Virus record (IMG/VR): IMGVR_UViG_3300027798_000017
Span: 32,001 to 96,000 of that record
Source: a virus
DNA length: 64,000 nucleotides
Direction: 5' to 3' (one strand)
Position 1 is the stretch's first letter, and every line of letters starts with the position of its first letter. Below, in pieces: positions 29,717-37,977 of the stretch. The position numbers and the translations under genes were made by a program. The notes under the pieces are model-generated. The model had not been told where the DNA came from. It saw only the letters and a program-made list of their open reading frames with translations, and searched no databases.

Positions 29717-29868
29717 CAAAGACAGTAATCTTATACCTCTGGGCAGTGTTATGTCTAGGGGTATTTAGTGGCTTGCTGATGAGCTTTGGCTCTCACATGC
29801 TTCAAGCAGTTGGATTCATGTGCGTCTTCTGGGCGTGTATGCTAATGCCAATGCTTGGCTCAAAATAA
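29713..29868 (+). CDS. 51-aa two-TM membrane protein (not in the ORF track)
   Basis: ATGA overlap with upstream stop; MTKTVILYLWAVLCLGVFSGLLMSFGSHMLQAVGFMCVFWACMLMPMLGSK. Confidence 0.55.
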   Translation: MTKTVILYLWAVLCLGVFSGLLMSFGSHMLQAVGFMCVFWACMLMPMLGSK

Positions 29869-29917
29869 ACAGTTAACAGGGTGCTGTATCTCACCCTGTA
29901 TTTTAAAACTATGTATT

Positions 29918-30157
29918 ATGGACAAAGGAACTTTGATTGATGTTGTAGCTATGATTGATGCAAGAATTGATCAACTTAATAAAGACAAGAAAGCTATTGA
30001 TGCTAGTGGCTATTCAGTACTTAGTAAAAAACTAAGCTTTGAAAGACTAGCAGGTGCAACAGTTGCTCTTGAATTATTAAGCCATCATTTGCAAAAAGCT
30101 ATTGATGCTGATGTAGCTTCAATGGAGAACCAGATGGGGGAACCCATGAGCTACTAA
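29918..30157 (+). CDS. Hypothetical helical protein
   Basis: Likely start MDKGTLI within track ORF 29855..30157. Confidence 0.5.
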   Translation: MDKGTLIDVVAMIDARIDQLNKDKKAIDASGYSVLSKKLSFERLAGATVALELLSHHLQKAIDADVASMENQMGEPMSY

Positions 30158-30160
30158 TAA

Positions 30161-30347
30161 CCACCCATTGGGGACAAACTGCACACACGATGCATAGATG
30201 ATGGAGTACACTCTGTCACACGTTGCGTCAAGTTGTGCAGTTTTTTGTCCTCTTGGTGGAGATGAATGGTGGAATGTAGGTTGACATACGATACGCATGC
30301 AGTTTTTTCCCCAGGGTGATGAAAGGTAATAAACAACCCATGGGGAA
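30161..30347 (+). ncRNA. Long hairpin-rich intergenic element
   Basis: ccacc/ggtgg, ggggacaaa/tttgtcctc and actgcaca/tgtgcagt nested stem (30161-30259); ttcccca/tggggaa stem (30307-30347). Confidence 0.45.
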
Positions 30348-30420
30348 TGGTGTACAACACGTTGATCTGTCCAATACAGCAACCCCCATTGAACTCAGTA
30401 TAAATTTAAACTCTTGATGT

Positions 30421-30918
30421 ATGAGTAATGTAAGAATTGTCCCTGGAAAGAAGGGATCTGTAGTGACAGCGTATGATTCAAACGCTGATTTTGGTTATGT
30501 GCAATTAGAGCAAAGTGCTATTGTAATGACCGCTGGATGGATTCGCGAAGTTAAGCGCACGTGCTTATTACGCGGTAAGACTGCTACGCTTGAGCAGTTC
30601 GTAAGCTCTTGTAAAGGTTTGCAAGTAGCTGGTAAATTGGTAGCCCTTGAGTTCCTAGAATCTCAAGTACCTGCTGATGTAGCTAAGGAGTTTCTGCGTG
30701 ATGACGTAAGCTATGAGGAGGCTATTGATAGTTATATCAAGCGTGCTGGTGCTGATGGTCCTGCGTTGACAAGCAATGGAGAACGTATTTTACGCTTTGT
30801 TAAGTGGGATACTGCTGATCAATTGCATGATGTGAATGTTTCTCACGATAATCAAGCAGAGGTTAGCGCGTCTAAAGCACTTGAGAGTGGTAAAGGCATG
30901 TTGCCAGGTGGTGAATAA
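30421..30918 (+). CDS. SSB-like paralog B
   Basis: Shares GY..LE, GWIR..KRTCL.RG, PADVAK..LRDDV..EAI..Y.KRAG.DG and SHDN.AEV with 28826..29317. Confidence 0.5.
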   Translation: MSNVRIVPGKKGSVVTAYDSNADFGYVQLEQSAIVMTAGWIREVKRTCLLRGKTATLEQFVSSCKGLQVAGKLVALEFLESQVPADVAKEFLRDDVSYEEAIDSYIKRAGADGPALTSNGERILRFVKWDTADQLHDVNVSHDNQAEVSASKALESGKGMLPGGE

Positions 30919-30939
30919 CAAGTAACTACCTGATTTAGA

Positions 30940-30985
30940 GGAGGTAAGAGTGGGGGATCAGTCCCTCACTATACCTTTCTTTGCT
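30940..30985 (+). terminator. Intrinsic terminator
   Basis: aggt..agtggggga-tcag-tccctcact..acct followed by T-tract. Confidence 0.6.
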
Positions 30986-31058
30986 TTTAGTTTTTTGCCA
31001 CAATAACACAATGAATTTACGTACTATATAGCTATTAACCACATTAAAACCCACGTCT

Positions 31059-31280
31059 ATGACAAACATTCTATTAGTTACCATTGATAAGTATTACTCC
31101 TATGAAGAAGCTAAACAACATATGTTAGCACAAGGAGTTAATTGGCTTGGTTGGCTTAACTCTGGTATTACTCTTCCTAAGGGTAATTATGAGAAAGCAT
31201 TTAGTAATAGGTCAGGTTCATCCTGTCTATATGTTGATCCTGTTAAAAGGATTGCGTACTCTGTTGATATGGGAGATTAA
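31059..31280 (+). CDS. Hypothetical protein
   Basis: ATG-started ORF ending YSVDMGD. Confidence 0.55.
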   Translation: MTNILLVTIDKYYSYEEAKQHMLAQGVNWLGWLNSGITLPKGNYEKAFSNRSGSSCLYVDPVKRIAYSVDMGD

Positions 31281-31472
31281 GTTCTCCCTTTTTTCTTATC
31301 ATATTATTCTGATTTGCAAGTCAGTTTTTTATGAGAAAGCCATTCCTATTGACTATGTAGGGATTTGCAGGTAAGAGTCCTGATTTAAGTATACATTGTT
31401 GTTGCCCTCAGAGTTTAGATACTCATGGCGTATGCGTTAAGTTCCCTTGTGGAACTACTGAAACAACCTATT

Positions 31473-31592
31473 ACTCTCATCCAAGCAGGACACCTGAAGA
31501 GGTGTATAAAGAATACAATTTATATTGGCAGTAACTTGCACACCATCAGTGGTATGGAAAATTAAGTCAAGGGTTGCAACCTTGTGAGAGTA
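31473..31592 (+). ncRNA. tRNA-shaped RNA (acceptor stem plus T-arm geometry, non-canonical body)
   Basis: ACTCTCA/TGAGAGT 7-bp stem abutting CAAGG-GTTGCAA-CCTTG (5-bp stem, 7-nt loop). Confidence 0.5.
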
Positions 31593-31780
31593 CGAAAAGG
31601 GATTTTAATATAGCTTCTTTTATTCCCTTAAGCTGTCTAACCAACAGTCAAACAAAGAAAAAAACTAGGTTAGGTGATATTACTGTGGTGGTAATAGTGA
31701 ACTAACTGATGTTTTCTCCAAGCTATGGATAACAGCTCAAAAAGCTAACAGCTTATACAGTGCTCATAACAAACTGTGTT

Positions 31781-31813
31781 ATAGACTACTCTCTAGTAGG
31801 GTAGTCTATTTTT
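31781..31813 (+). terminator. Intrinsic terminator abutting the twister-like RNA
   Basis: atagactactct-ctagt-agggtagtctat followed by T-tract. Confidence 0.65.
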
Positions 31814-31916
31814 AATGTACCATTCCTGATTCCCAAGGTCAGGCAGTTGTAATCGAAATTAGATGTATGTATATAACACATACTACCTATAGGTTACAAC
31901 TGAGTACAGAGGGGAT
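31809..31916 (+). ncRNA. Twister-like self-cleaving ribozyme (P1 type with long P5)
   Basis: UUUUU^AA-UGUA-CC...CCUGA-UUCCCAAGG-UCAGG-[CAGUUGUAA/UUACAACUG stem]-AG-UACA-GAGGG-GA matches the twister P2, P4, T1 and T2 layout. Confidence 0.65.
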
Positions 31917-31946
31917 CTACAAAATAGTAACTTATAAATCAAAAAT

Positions 31947-32237
31947 ATGACATTTGAAGACTTGAAATTTGAAAACAATGAGTGGATGGGTGAATATTCT
32001 CATCATCTTTTTGACAACCACTATGGTGTGTCTGTTATACGTGGAGAATACACTAAGGGTGGTAAGGAAGGTTTGTATGAACTTGCAGTAATACACATGG
32101 GACCTAAAGACAAAGAGTCTACCCTTGTGTATGATACACCTATTACTTGTGATGTTATAGGTTATTTGACACCAGGAGACGTGACCAAAGTGATGAAAGA
32201 AGTCAGTGAGTTACCTCTTAGAGAAATAATGCAATAA
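31947..32237 (+). CDS. Conserved phage hypothetical protein
   Basis: FDNHYGVSVI...GG.EGLYELAV...YDTPIT.DVIGYLT motif, familiar from many phages. Confidence 0.7.
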   Translation: MTFEDLKFENNEWMGEYSHHLFDNHYGVSVIRGEYTKGGKEGLYELAVIHMGPKDKESTLVYDTPITCDVIGYLTPGDVTKVMKEVSELPLREIMQ

Positions 32238-32254
32238 CCGTGGGAAGTTAAAGC

Positions 32255-32293
32255 AAGGAGGAGGAGTGTGTAATACATTCCTCCTTTTTTTTT
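32255..32293 (+). terminator. Intrinsic terminator
   Basis: aggaggagtgt-gtaat-acattcctcct followed by a long T-tract. Confidence 0.7.
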
Positions 32294-32324
32294 ATCAGAA
32301 ATTTAATAACCAATAATAAAACAA

Positions 32325-32579
32325 ATGAAAAGAGAAAATTTAAAGTGGGCAATTGCATCAGTAGTATTAGCATTTGGAACAGGACTATTTATAGGAGCTG
32401 TATACAATGCTGATCCTGCTAAAAGATTTGAAGATGTAAAAATTGGTGGCAATATTGATATTGAATACTACCTGGAAGTATCAGAAGATAGTATCTGGGT
32501 AGAAGGTGTTGATAGCAAAAATGTGTATTCAGGTAAATATTCTGAACTTGACAGCTTGATTACGCTAGACAATCTATAA
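32325..32579 (+). CDS. Membrane-anchored hypothetical protein
   Basis: N-terminal hydrophobic helix. Confidence 0.6.
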   Translation: MKRENLKWAIASVVLAFGTGLFIGAVYNADPAKRFEDVKIGGNIDIEYYLEVSEDSIWVEGVDSKNVYSGKYSELDSLITLDNL

Positions 32580-32608
32580 ATTAGTATTCATTTTTTTAAT
32601 TATAACAT

Positions 32609-32821
32609 ATGCAGAATTCAAACAATGCCACTAGAGGTAGTGCTAAGCTTGTACCAAAGTCTGATGCATCTAACGCTTCCAACAACTTACGTCAGGAGTT
32701 GAGCACGCTAATCAATAAGAACAGAGTTTCTATTGATAAAAGTGTGTTTGCTAAAACTGACCAAGAGAAGTTGGAGCTGAAGATAGCAAAAGCTAAGTAC
32801 AAGGCTGGTTTTACTAAGTAG
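32609..32821 (+). CDS. Hypothetical protein
   Basis: ORF with AT-rich leader. Confidence 0.5.
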   Translation: MQNSNNATRGSAKLVPKSDASNASNNLRQELSTLINKNRVSIDKSVFAKTDQEKLELKIAKAKYKAGFTK

Positions 32822-33015
32822 GTTACTGCTTAGTAACTTACTAGTTAGTAACTTACTCTTTAAAAATCCTACTAAAAAGGTTGGCTGGAGCTTGGATAAC
32901 CACAAGGCTCCATTTTTTATGATATGTCCTGAGCTAAAGTAGCTCAATCTCTGCTATAATGGAGTTACTCTTTGGTTTACCAAGGAGTTTCTCTGTTGTG
33001 GTTAATTTAAACTGC

Positions 33016-33270
33016 ATGAAGAAAAGTGGTATGATTCCTATGTCCAATCTTTTACAAAAAGATTATCTTGGTGATTGGATTGTTATTAAAAGCATGTATA
33101 ACATAGCAGAAGATAACATTGATGTGGGAAGTAGAATAACTTCTACAACTCATAAGATATCAAACCTCAGCGAAATACCACAGAATTTATTAAAACATGG
33201 AAGTATTGTTGATGGTTTTTTGACAAAAGACATGTTTCATATTACGTACATTAGAAAAGAAAAAATATGA
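33016..33270 (+). CDS. Hypothetical protein
   Basis: Start likely MKKSG; ATGA-coupled to the next gene. Confidence 0.45.
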   Translation: MKKSGMIPMSNLLQKDYLGDWIVIKSMYNIAEDNIDVGSRITSTTHKISNLSEIPQNLLKHGSIVDGFLTKDMFHITYIRKEKI

Positions 33271-33545
33271 AAATAATAATGATTATTTTGGTCCTGTTAG
33301 GTGTGACCAGTGCTGATGCACAAAAGACCTATTCAAAACACTTGACAAGATCTGAGAAAAAATTCGTAAATTGCGTACTCAACTATGAAAAAGAGACAAT
33401 TTGTGAAATTACAAAACGTCTTGATAATCACATAGTTCTTGAATTCCCTTCAACTATATATGTTCTTAATCCACAAGGATACATTGAAGATGTATGGATA
33501 TTAGGTGATGCAGATTGGATTAAATTAGGAAAAGAATCAGAATGA
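33267..33545 (+). CDS. Secreted/periplasmic hypothetical protein
   Basis: Sec-type signal MKIIMIILVLLGVTSADA-Q. Confidence 0.55.
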   Translation: MKIIMIILVLLGVTSADAQKTYSKHLTRSEKKFVNCVLNYEKETICEITKRLDNHIVLEFPSTIYVLNPQGYIEDVWILGDADWIKLGKESE

Positions 33546-33669
33546 TGGAGAGTATTTGCAAACGATGTATATCAGATACAGCAATTGTGTGTGCAATGTG
33601 CACAGATGGATTAAGAGAGGACAATGTTGTCCTAAAAGGTATTTTTAATGGATCAAAACCAATAAGATC

Positions 33670-34062
33670 ATGGGAGAAAGTAAAACAAAAAAAGGAAGTA
33701 TCAACCTTAAGAAAAATGATGCAAAGTCTAAAGAGACACTTTTAACAAAAGCTGATTTTGATTTAGCATTAGAAACAATAGACAACCAAAGTAATGAAAT
33801 TGAATATTGGAAAGAAGCTGTTGTGCGTGCAAAAAATGGAGAAGAACATTACTTGAATCTTTTAGACCAAGAGTACAAAAAGAATGATGAAATTTTTCAA
33901 TTTGTAAAAAGCAACATTCAGCGTTTGAAGTATGCGTTCAAAATGGGATTTGATGCCACAGGTTCAGTTACATATGCTGATATTGACTACAATCTTAATT
34001 TGTTACCTCGCATGTTAGAGCACAAGTTTTTCAAAGAAGAGAAAGAGGAGAAGGAACAGTAG
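33670..34062 (+). CDS. Hypothetical protein
   Basis: 130-aa ORF in the + strand cluster. Confidence 0.55.
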   Translation: MGESKTKKGSINLKKNDAKSKETLLTKADFDLALETIDNQSNEIEYWKEAVVRAKNGEEHYLNLLDQEYKKNDEIFQFVKSNIQRLKYAFKMGFDATGSVTYADIDYNLNLLPRMLEHKFFKEEKEEKEQ

Positions 34063-34094
34063 ATATTTTGCAGTGGTTGTAAAAAGACCATGAA

Positions 34095-34130
34095 GGTGGG
34101 TGTGTACATGACGTATGCATCCACTTTTTT
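34095..34130 (+). terminator. Intrinsic terminator
   Basis: gtgggtgtgtac-atgac-gtatgcatccac followed by T-tract. Confidence 0.6.
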
Positions 34131-34161
34131 ATGGATAGTATTCACAATTAAATTTAATCAA

Positions 34162-34431
34162 ATGAGTATAAGTAAAAGAATTAACAAACTTGAAGAAAAG
34201 AAACTCAAGTACATGAATGAACTAGAAGATCTACATATATCTGAACCATCTGAAAAGTGGTACAAGGAACGTAGGTATGAGCTAGAATCTCAAATTGGAA
34301 TGATTGAATCTGTTATTCATGATTTAGAATCTGAACAAAAGATGATGCGTCCATTTTTTTGGACATTATTAGGATTTATTTTTATTGCTGGTATTATAGT
34401 ATTGTACAGATTTGTTAAATTAAAAATGTAG
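34162..34431 (+). CDS. Coiled-coil protein with C-terminal TM anchor
   Basis: Start likely MSISKR; FFWTLLGFIFIAGIIVLY. Confidence 0.55.
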   Translation: MSISKRINKLEEKKLKYMNELEDLHISEPSEKWYKERRYELESQIGMIESVIHDLESEQKMMRPFFWTLLGFIFIAGIIVLYRFVKLKM

Positions 34432-34435
34432 TATT

Positions 34436-34672
34436 ATGAGAACTGACGTAGATGTCATTGAATCTGTAATTGGATTTGATTTGAATGTTACAATAACGTA
34501 TTGTAATGAAGATGGCGTAGAAACTCCAATTAGTAATAAATGTAGATCTGTTCCTTATTTAGGAGATGAAAAAGCAAATGTTGGAACCTCAACAGCTTAT
34601 TGTAACTTTTTTACCAATTTTAATCAAGCGTTGCTGAGCAAAATCAAAGATTATCAATCAATAAATTATTAA
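34436..34672 (+). CDS. Hypothetical protein
   Basis: Tightly packed ORF. Confidence 0.5.
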   Translation: MRTDVDVIESVIGFDLNVTITYCNEDGVETPISNKCRSVPYLGDEKANVGTSTAYCNFFTNFNQALLSKIKDYQSINY

Positions 34673-34673
34673 A

Positions 34674-34892
34674 ATGGGCAGAATGAAAGAGTTATTCATG
34701 CAACTGCGTGAAAAAGAAGAGGAACAAGATCCATATGATGGATTAGATGACGCTTACTGGCAAGATAGAGCCAGATATCAAGAACTTTATGAGAAAGAGC
34801 TTCGTGAAGAAATGAACAGAGATGCTGAGTTGCCAGACAACAAGAAAATTCCACCATGTTCAGCGCATGATTTTGAAAATCCTTTACCATAA
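34674..34892 (+). CDS. Small acidic protein (MGRMKELF N-terminus)
   Basis: N-terminal motif recurrent in phage microproteins. Confidence 0.55.
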   Translation: MGRMKELFMQLREKEEEQDPYDGLDDAYWQDRARYQELYEKELREEMNRDAELPDNKKIPPCSAHDFENPLP

Positions 34893-34895
34893 AGT

Positions 34896-35123
34896 ATGAT
34901 AGTATTATATCTTTTTATCCTATTGGCGTATGTGTTCAACACAACAGTAGTATTTAACTATGCAAAGGATTGTGGCAAATTTGAATCTATTGATTTAATA
35001 CATATTCTTTTTAGTCCACTTACAGTAGTAAACATGTTTTTGATAAAGTTTTTATCACATTTTATTCCTCTTGACTATGTTATATGGTCTAGAAACAATG
35101 ACAAAAATAACGCACAGCGTTGA
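34896..35123 (+). CDS. Small membrane protein
   Basis: Hydrophobic segments. Confidence 0.5.
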   Translation: MIVLYLFILLAYVFNTTVVFNYAKDCGKFESIDLIHILFSPLTVVNMFLIKFLSHFIPLDYVIWSRNNDKNNAQR

Positions 35124-35149
35124 TTATTAACCCTTTAATCTTTTTAAAA

Positions 35150-35677
35150 ATGGAAAAATATGCATCCATCACAGCCACAGCACAAGGATATGTTACTTAC
35201 GATCTTAATGGTCAAGCAAAAATGCTTAAGTATGACAAACTTGTACAAAACAAAAACACTCATTCTAATAGAGTAAAAGTTACTCAGGAAGAGATTGAGA
35301 AAATACACCTTAACATGATTCAACGTAGTATGTATCGTAGACTAATGTATGGTCTTAAAGAATACACACCTGAACAAGTTGCAAGTTTTTCTCCAAGTAC
35401 ACTCAGCAAAATTGTTGCTGATTACAAGAAAGCAAAGCAGTATTTGCATATTCTAAAATCAAAAAAACTGTTTGGTCCAGAAACAATGCTTATGAATGCA
35501 CTGTTTCCACATGCCAAAATTGGTGAAAAAGACTTTGATTGGTTTTTAGATTTGCCTAAAACAGCAACTTTGCGTAACTTAGGAATAACAACACGTACTG
35601 TCATTGATGAATTTGTCAGACGCAAGTTGTTGCCAAAGAATTTTTATGAATTACAAACACAAATTCAACTACCATGA
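35150..35677 (+). CDS. Hypothetical protein
   Basis: MYRRLMYGLKEY and LRNLGI...LLPKNFY motifs. Confidence 0.6.
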   Translation: MEKYASITATAQGYVTYDLNGQAKMLKYDKLVQNKNTHSNRVKVTQEEIEKIHLNMIQRSMYRRLMYGLKEYTPEQVASFSPSTLSKIVADYKKAKQYLHILKSKKLFGPETMLMNALFPHAKIGEKDFDWFLDLPKTATLRNLGITTRTVIDEFVRRKLLPKNFYELQTQIQLP

Positions 35678-35982
35678 GTGAGCAATCAAAAGCATTTAAA
35701 GGCTTGACAAATGAAGAAATAATCATGATATACTATCGTTTTGATAAGTATTTAACAGGATTGAAATTAAATCTTGAAAAAAACATGATTAGCAAGAATG
35801 TAGAAACTCCTTTTGGTAATGGAATCGTTACGATTTCAGTACCAGAGGAGCATGTTGACCAATTTAAGCAATCACAGTATTATGGATTACTTAATTCAAT
35901 AGTGGCTAAGCTAAAGCCAATTGTAGAACTCATTGAAGAATTTGATGAAACAATGAAAGAGTTAGCTCAAGAAGTAAAATAA
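35674..35982 (+). CDS. Hypothetical protein
   Basis: ATGA overlap. Confidence 0.6.
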   Translation: MSEQSKAFKGLTNEEIIMIYYRFDKYLTGLKLNLEKNMISKNVETPFGNGIVTISVPEEHVDQFKQSQYYGLLNSIVAKLKPIVELIEEFDETMKELAQEVK

Positions 35983-35999
35983 CTATTAAAATATTAAAT

Positions 36000-36515
36000 A
36001 TGAGCAAAAACTCAATTTTAGCAGATCTTCATAAGTTATTTGAAGTAGATTTAAAAGGAAAAAGCTATTTTTCTCACATGTTAGTAGCAATGGAAGTTAG
36101 CGAAGATGGTACGCCTGTAGGTGCTGTTGTAAAGATGAAATGTTCTCCTATTCTTGCACTAGGCATAATTGATCTTCTTCATGAAAAGCTTTCTGAAGCA
36201 CGTGATCAAGTTTTAGAACAACTTGCAAGCTATGAAAAAGAAAACATGCAAAAACAAGATTGTGATGACGAAGAGGACTTAAATAATCCTGAAATTAAAG
36301 AACTAATTCAAAATGCATTGCAATCACTTAGTGATGATGACAAAGAGTTTTTTGTAGATTCTCAAAGACGTGCTATGGCTGCTTTATTGGCAAATGACGA
36401 ACAAACATTGAAAGCTATTATAGCTGAGATGCGTGCTTTTGTTGATAGCAAAAAGAAAAATGGAGGAAATGACTCCAAAGATTTTGACATAAATGACTTC
36501 AAGGGAAGTTTCTGA
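36000..36515 (+). CDS. Hypothetical helical protein upstream of MoxR
   Basis: 171-aa ORF with acidic tail DFDINDFKGSF. Confidence 0.6.
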   Translation: MSKNSILADLHKLFEVDLKGKSYFSHMLVAMEVSEDGTPVGAVVKMKCSPILALGIIDLLHEKLSEARDQVLEQLASYEKENMQKQDCDDEEDLNNPEIKELIQNALQSLSDDDKEFFVDSQRRAMAALLANDEQTLKAIIAEMRAFVDSKKKNGGNDSKDFDINDFKGSF

Positions 36516-36601
36516 CAAAAGTATTAACTCAAAAGAGTTTGTTGACAAGTTGCAGTTAAGTACTGCTATGAATTTTTATTAATCTTTTTAAATAAGGTAA
36601 G

Positions 36602-37888
36602 ATGATCCTATTGCAAACAATTATTGAAGGTACAAGTTACCAATTAAAAACACTTCCTGGTCAAGCGTTTGAGAAAAAACTGACAAGAAGTATAGAGGAC
36701 TTGAAAATTACAGGTCCTATTGCTGAATTTGCAAAGTTCCCACTAGGAACTATATTTGTTGCAGATGAGTATGATTTTCCAGAAGATGATCATTTACACA
36801 TTATGAAAGAGCATGTAACAGCATTGTTCTTTGAGAAATCTGTATTCCCTATCTCTTTACTAGGAGAAGAAAAGATTCAACAAGTTTGTGATTTTGCTAT
36901 TGACTATATGTTAGATAGTGGAACACATGATGTTGAACATGTAAAATCTATTGCTGGACAATTTGCAGCTTATGGCTACAAGTATGACTGGGATGAGAAA
37001 ACTGCTGTAAAACCTATTGATGAAGGTTCTATTCCAACAGGTACAAACATCAAACGTACCATTGCTACACATTATCCAGTTCCAAAACGTGAGGATTGTG
37101 GTTTCCACATTGATCCAGACATCTGGTTCTTGATGGTGCGTAATGTATTGCGTGGAGAGAATACTTTGCTTATGGGACCAACAGGTTCAGGTAAGACAGA
37201 GATTCTTGTGCATTTGGCAAAAGCTATGAATAAAGAATTATTTACTCAAGACATGGGTACTGTTCAAGATGCTCAGTCAGCTTTGCTAGGTGTTCACCGC
37301 ATCAACAAAGAAGGTCATTCATCATTTGACTATGCTCCTTTTGTTGGACACATTAAGTCTGGTGGTATTGTTCTTTTAGATGAGCTAAATCGTTCACCTC
37401 TTGCAGCAAATAATATCTTGTTTCCATGTTTGGATAAAAGACGTTACTTGCCAATTGACATCGCTTGTGATGAAGGTGAAAGATCTATTCCTGTATCTGA
37501 TGGAACAGTATTTTTTGCAACTGCTAACATTGGTTCTGAGTATTCTGGTACACATGCAATAGATAGAGCGTTATTAGACCGCTTCTTTCCTATTGAGCTT
37601 GATTATCCAAAACTTGAGGATGAGATTAAAATCTTAATGTTGCGTACTGGCGTTGAAGAGAAAGTTGCAACAGCAATCGTTAAAGTATCTAATGAGATAC
37701 GCAAGCAGTACAAAGAGCAGGAATTATCTTCTGCGATTTCAGTTCGTCACACACTTCAGGCAGCAAGTTTGGTGTCTGATGGGTTTGAAGTAGATAAAGC
37801 ATTGCTTTCTACTATTATGCCTCTCTTTGAAGATGGTATAGGCGTGTCTGAGCGTAGTAAGGTACTTTCCATAGTATCTGCGTTCTAA
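36602..37888 (+). CDS. MoxR/CobS/CbbQ-like AAA+ ATPase
   Basis: Walker A GPTGSGKT, Walker B VLLDELNR, FATAN, DRALLDRF, ISVR. Confidence 0.85.
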   Translation: MILLQTIIEGTSYQLKTLPGQAFEKKLTRSIEDLKITGPIAEFAKFPLGTIFVADEYDFPEDDHLHIMKEHVTALFFEKSVFPISLLGEEKIQQVCDFAIDYMLDSGTHDVEHVKSIAGQFAAYGYKYDWDEKTAVKPIDEGSIPTGTNIKRTIATHYPVPKREDCGFHIDPDIWFLMVRNVLRGENTLLMGPTGSGKTEILVHLAKAMNKELFTQDMGTVQDAQSALLGVHRINKEGHSSFDYAPFVGHIKSGGIVLLDELNRSPLAANNILFPCLDKRRYLPIDIACDEGERSIPVSDGTVFFATANIGSEYSGTHAIDRALLDRFFPIELDYPKLEDEIKILMLRTGVEEKVATAIVKVSNEIRKQYKEQELSSAISVRHTLQAASLVSDGFEVDKALLSTIMPLFEDGIGVSERSKVLSIVSAF

Positions 37889-37923
37889 AGACATGCTGTA
37901 GTAGGATCAGCGATGTAGATAAT

Positions 37924-37957
37924 GAGAGAGGGACATCAGTGTCCTTCTCTCTTTTCT
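37924..37957 (+). terminator. Hairpin/terminator between MoxR and VWA genes
   Basis: gagagagggaca-tcag-tgtccttctctc followed by T-tract. Confidence 0.55.
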
Positions 37958-37977
37958 ATTAATTTAATTTAGAATAT

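Noticed and set aside
29776-29795. Hammerhead core CTGATGAG
   Set aside because: No GAAA after stem II, and it lies inside the 29713..29868 ORF
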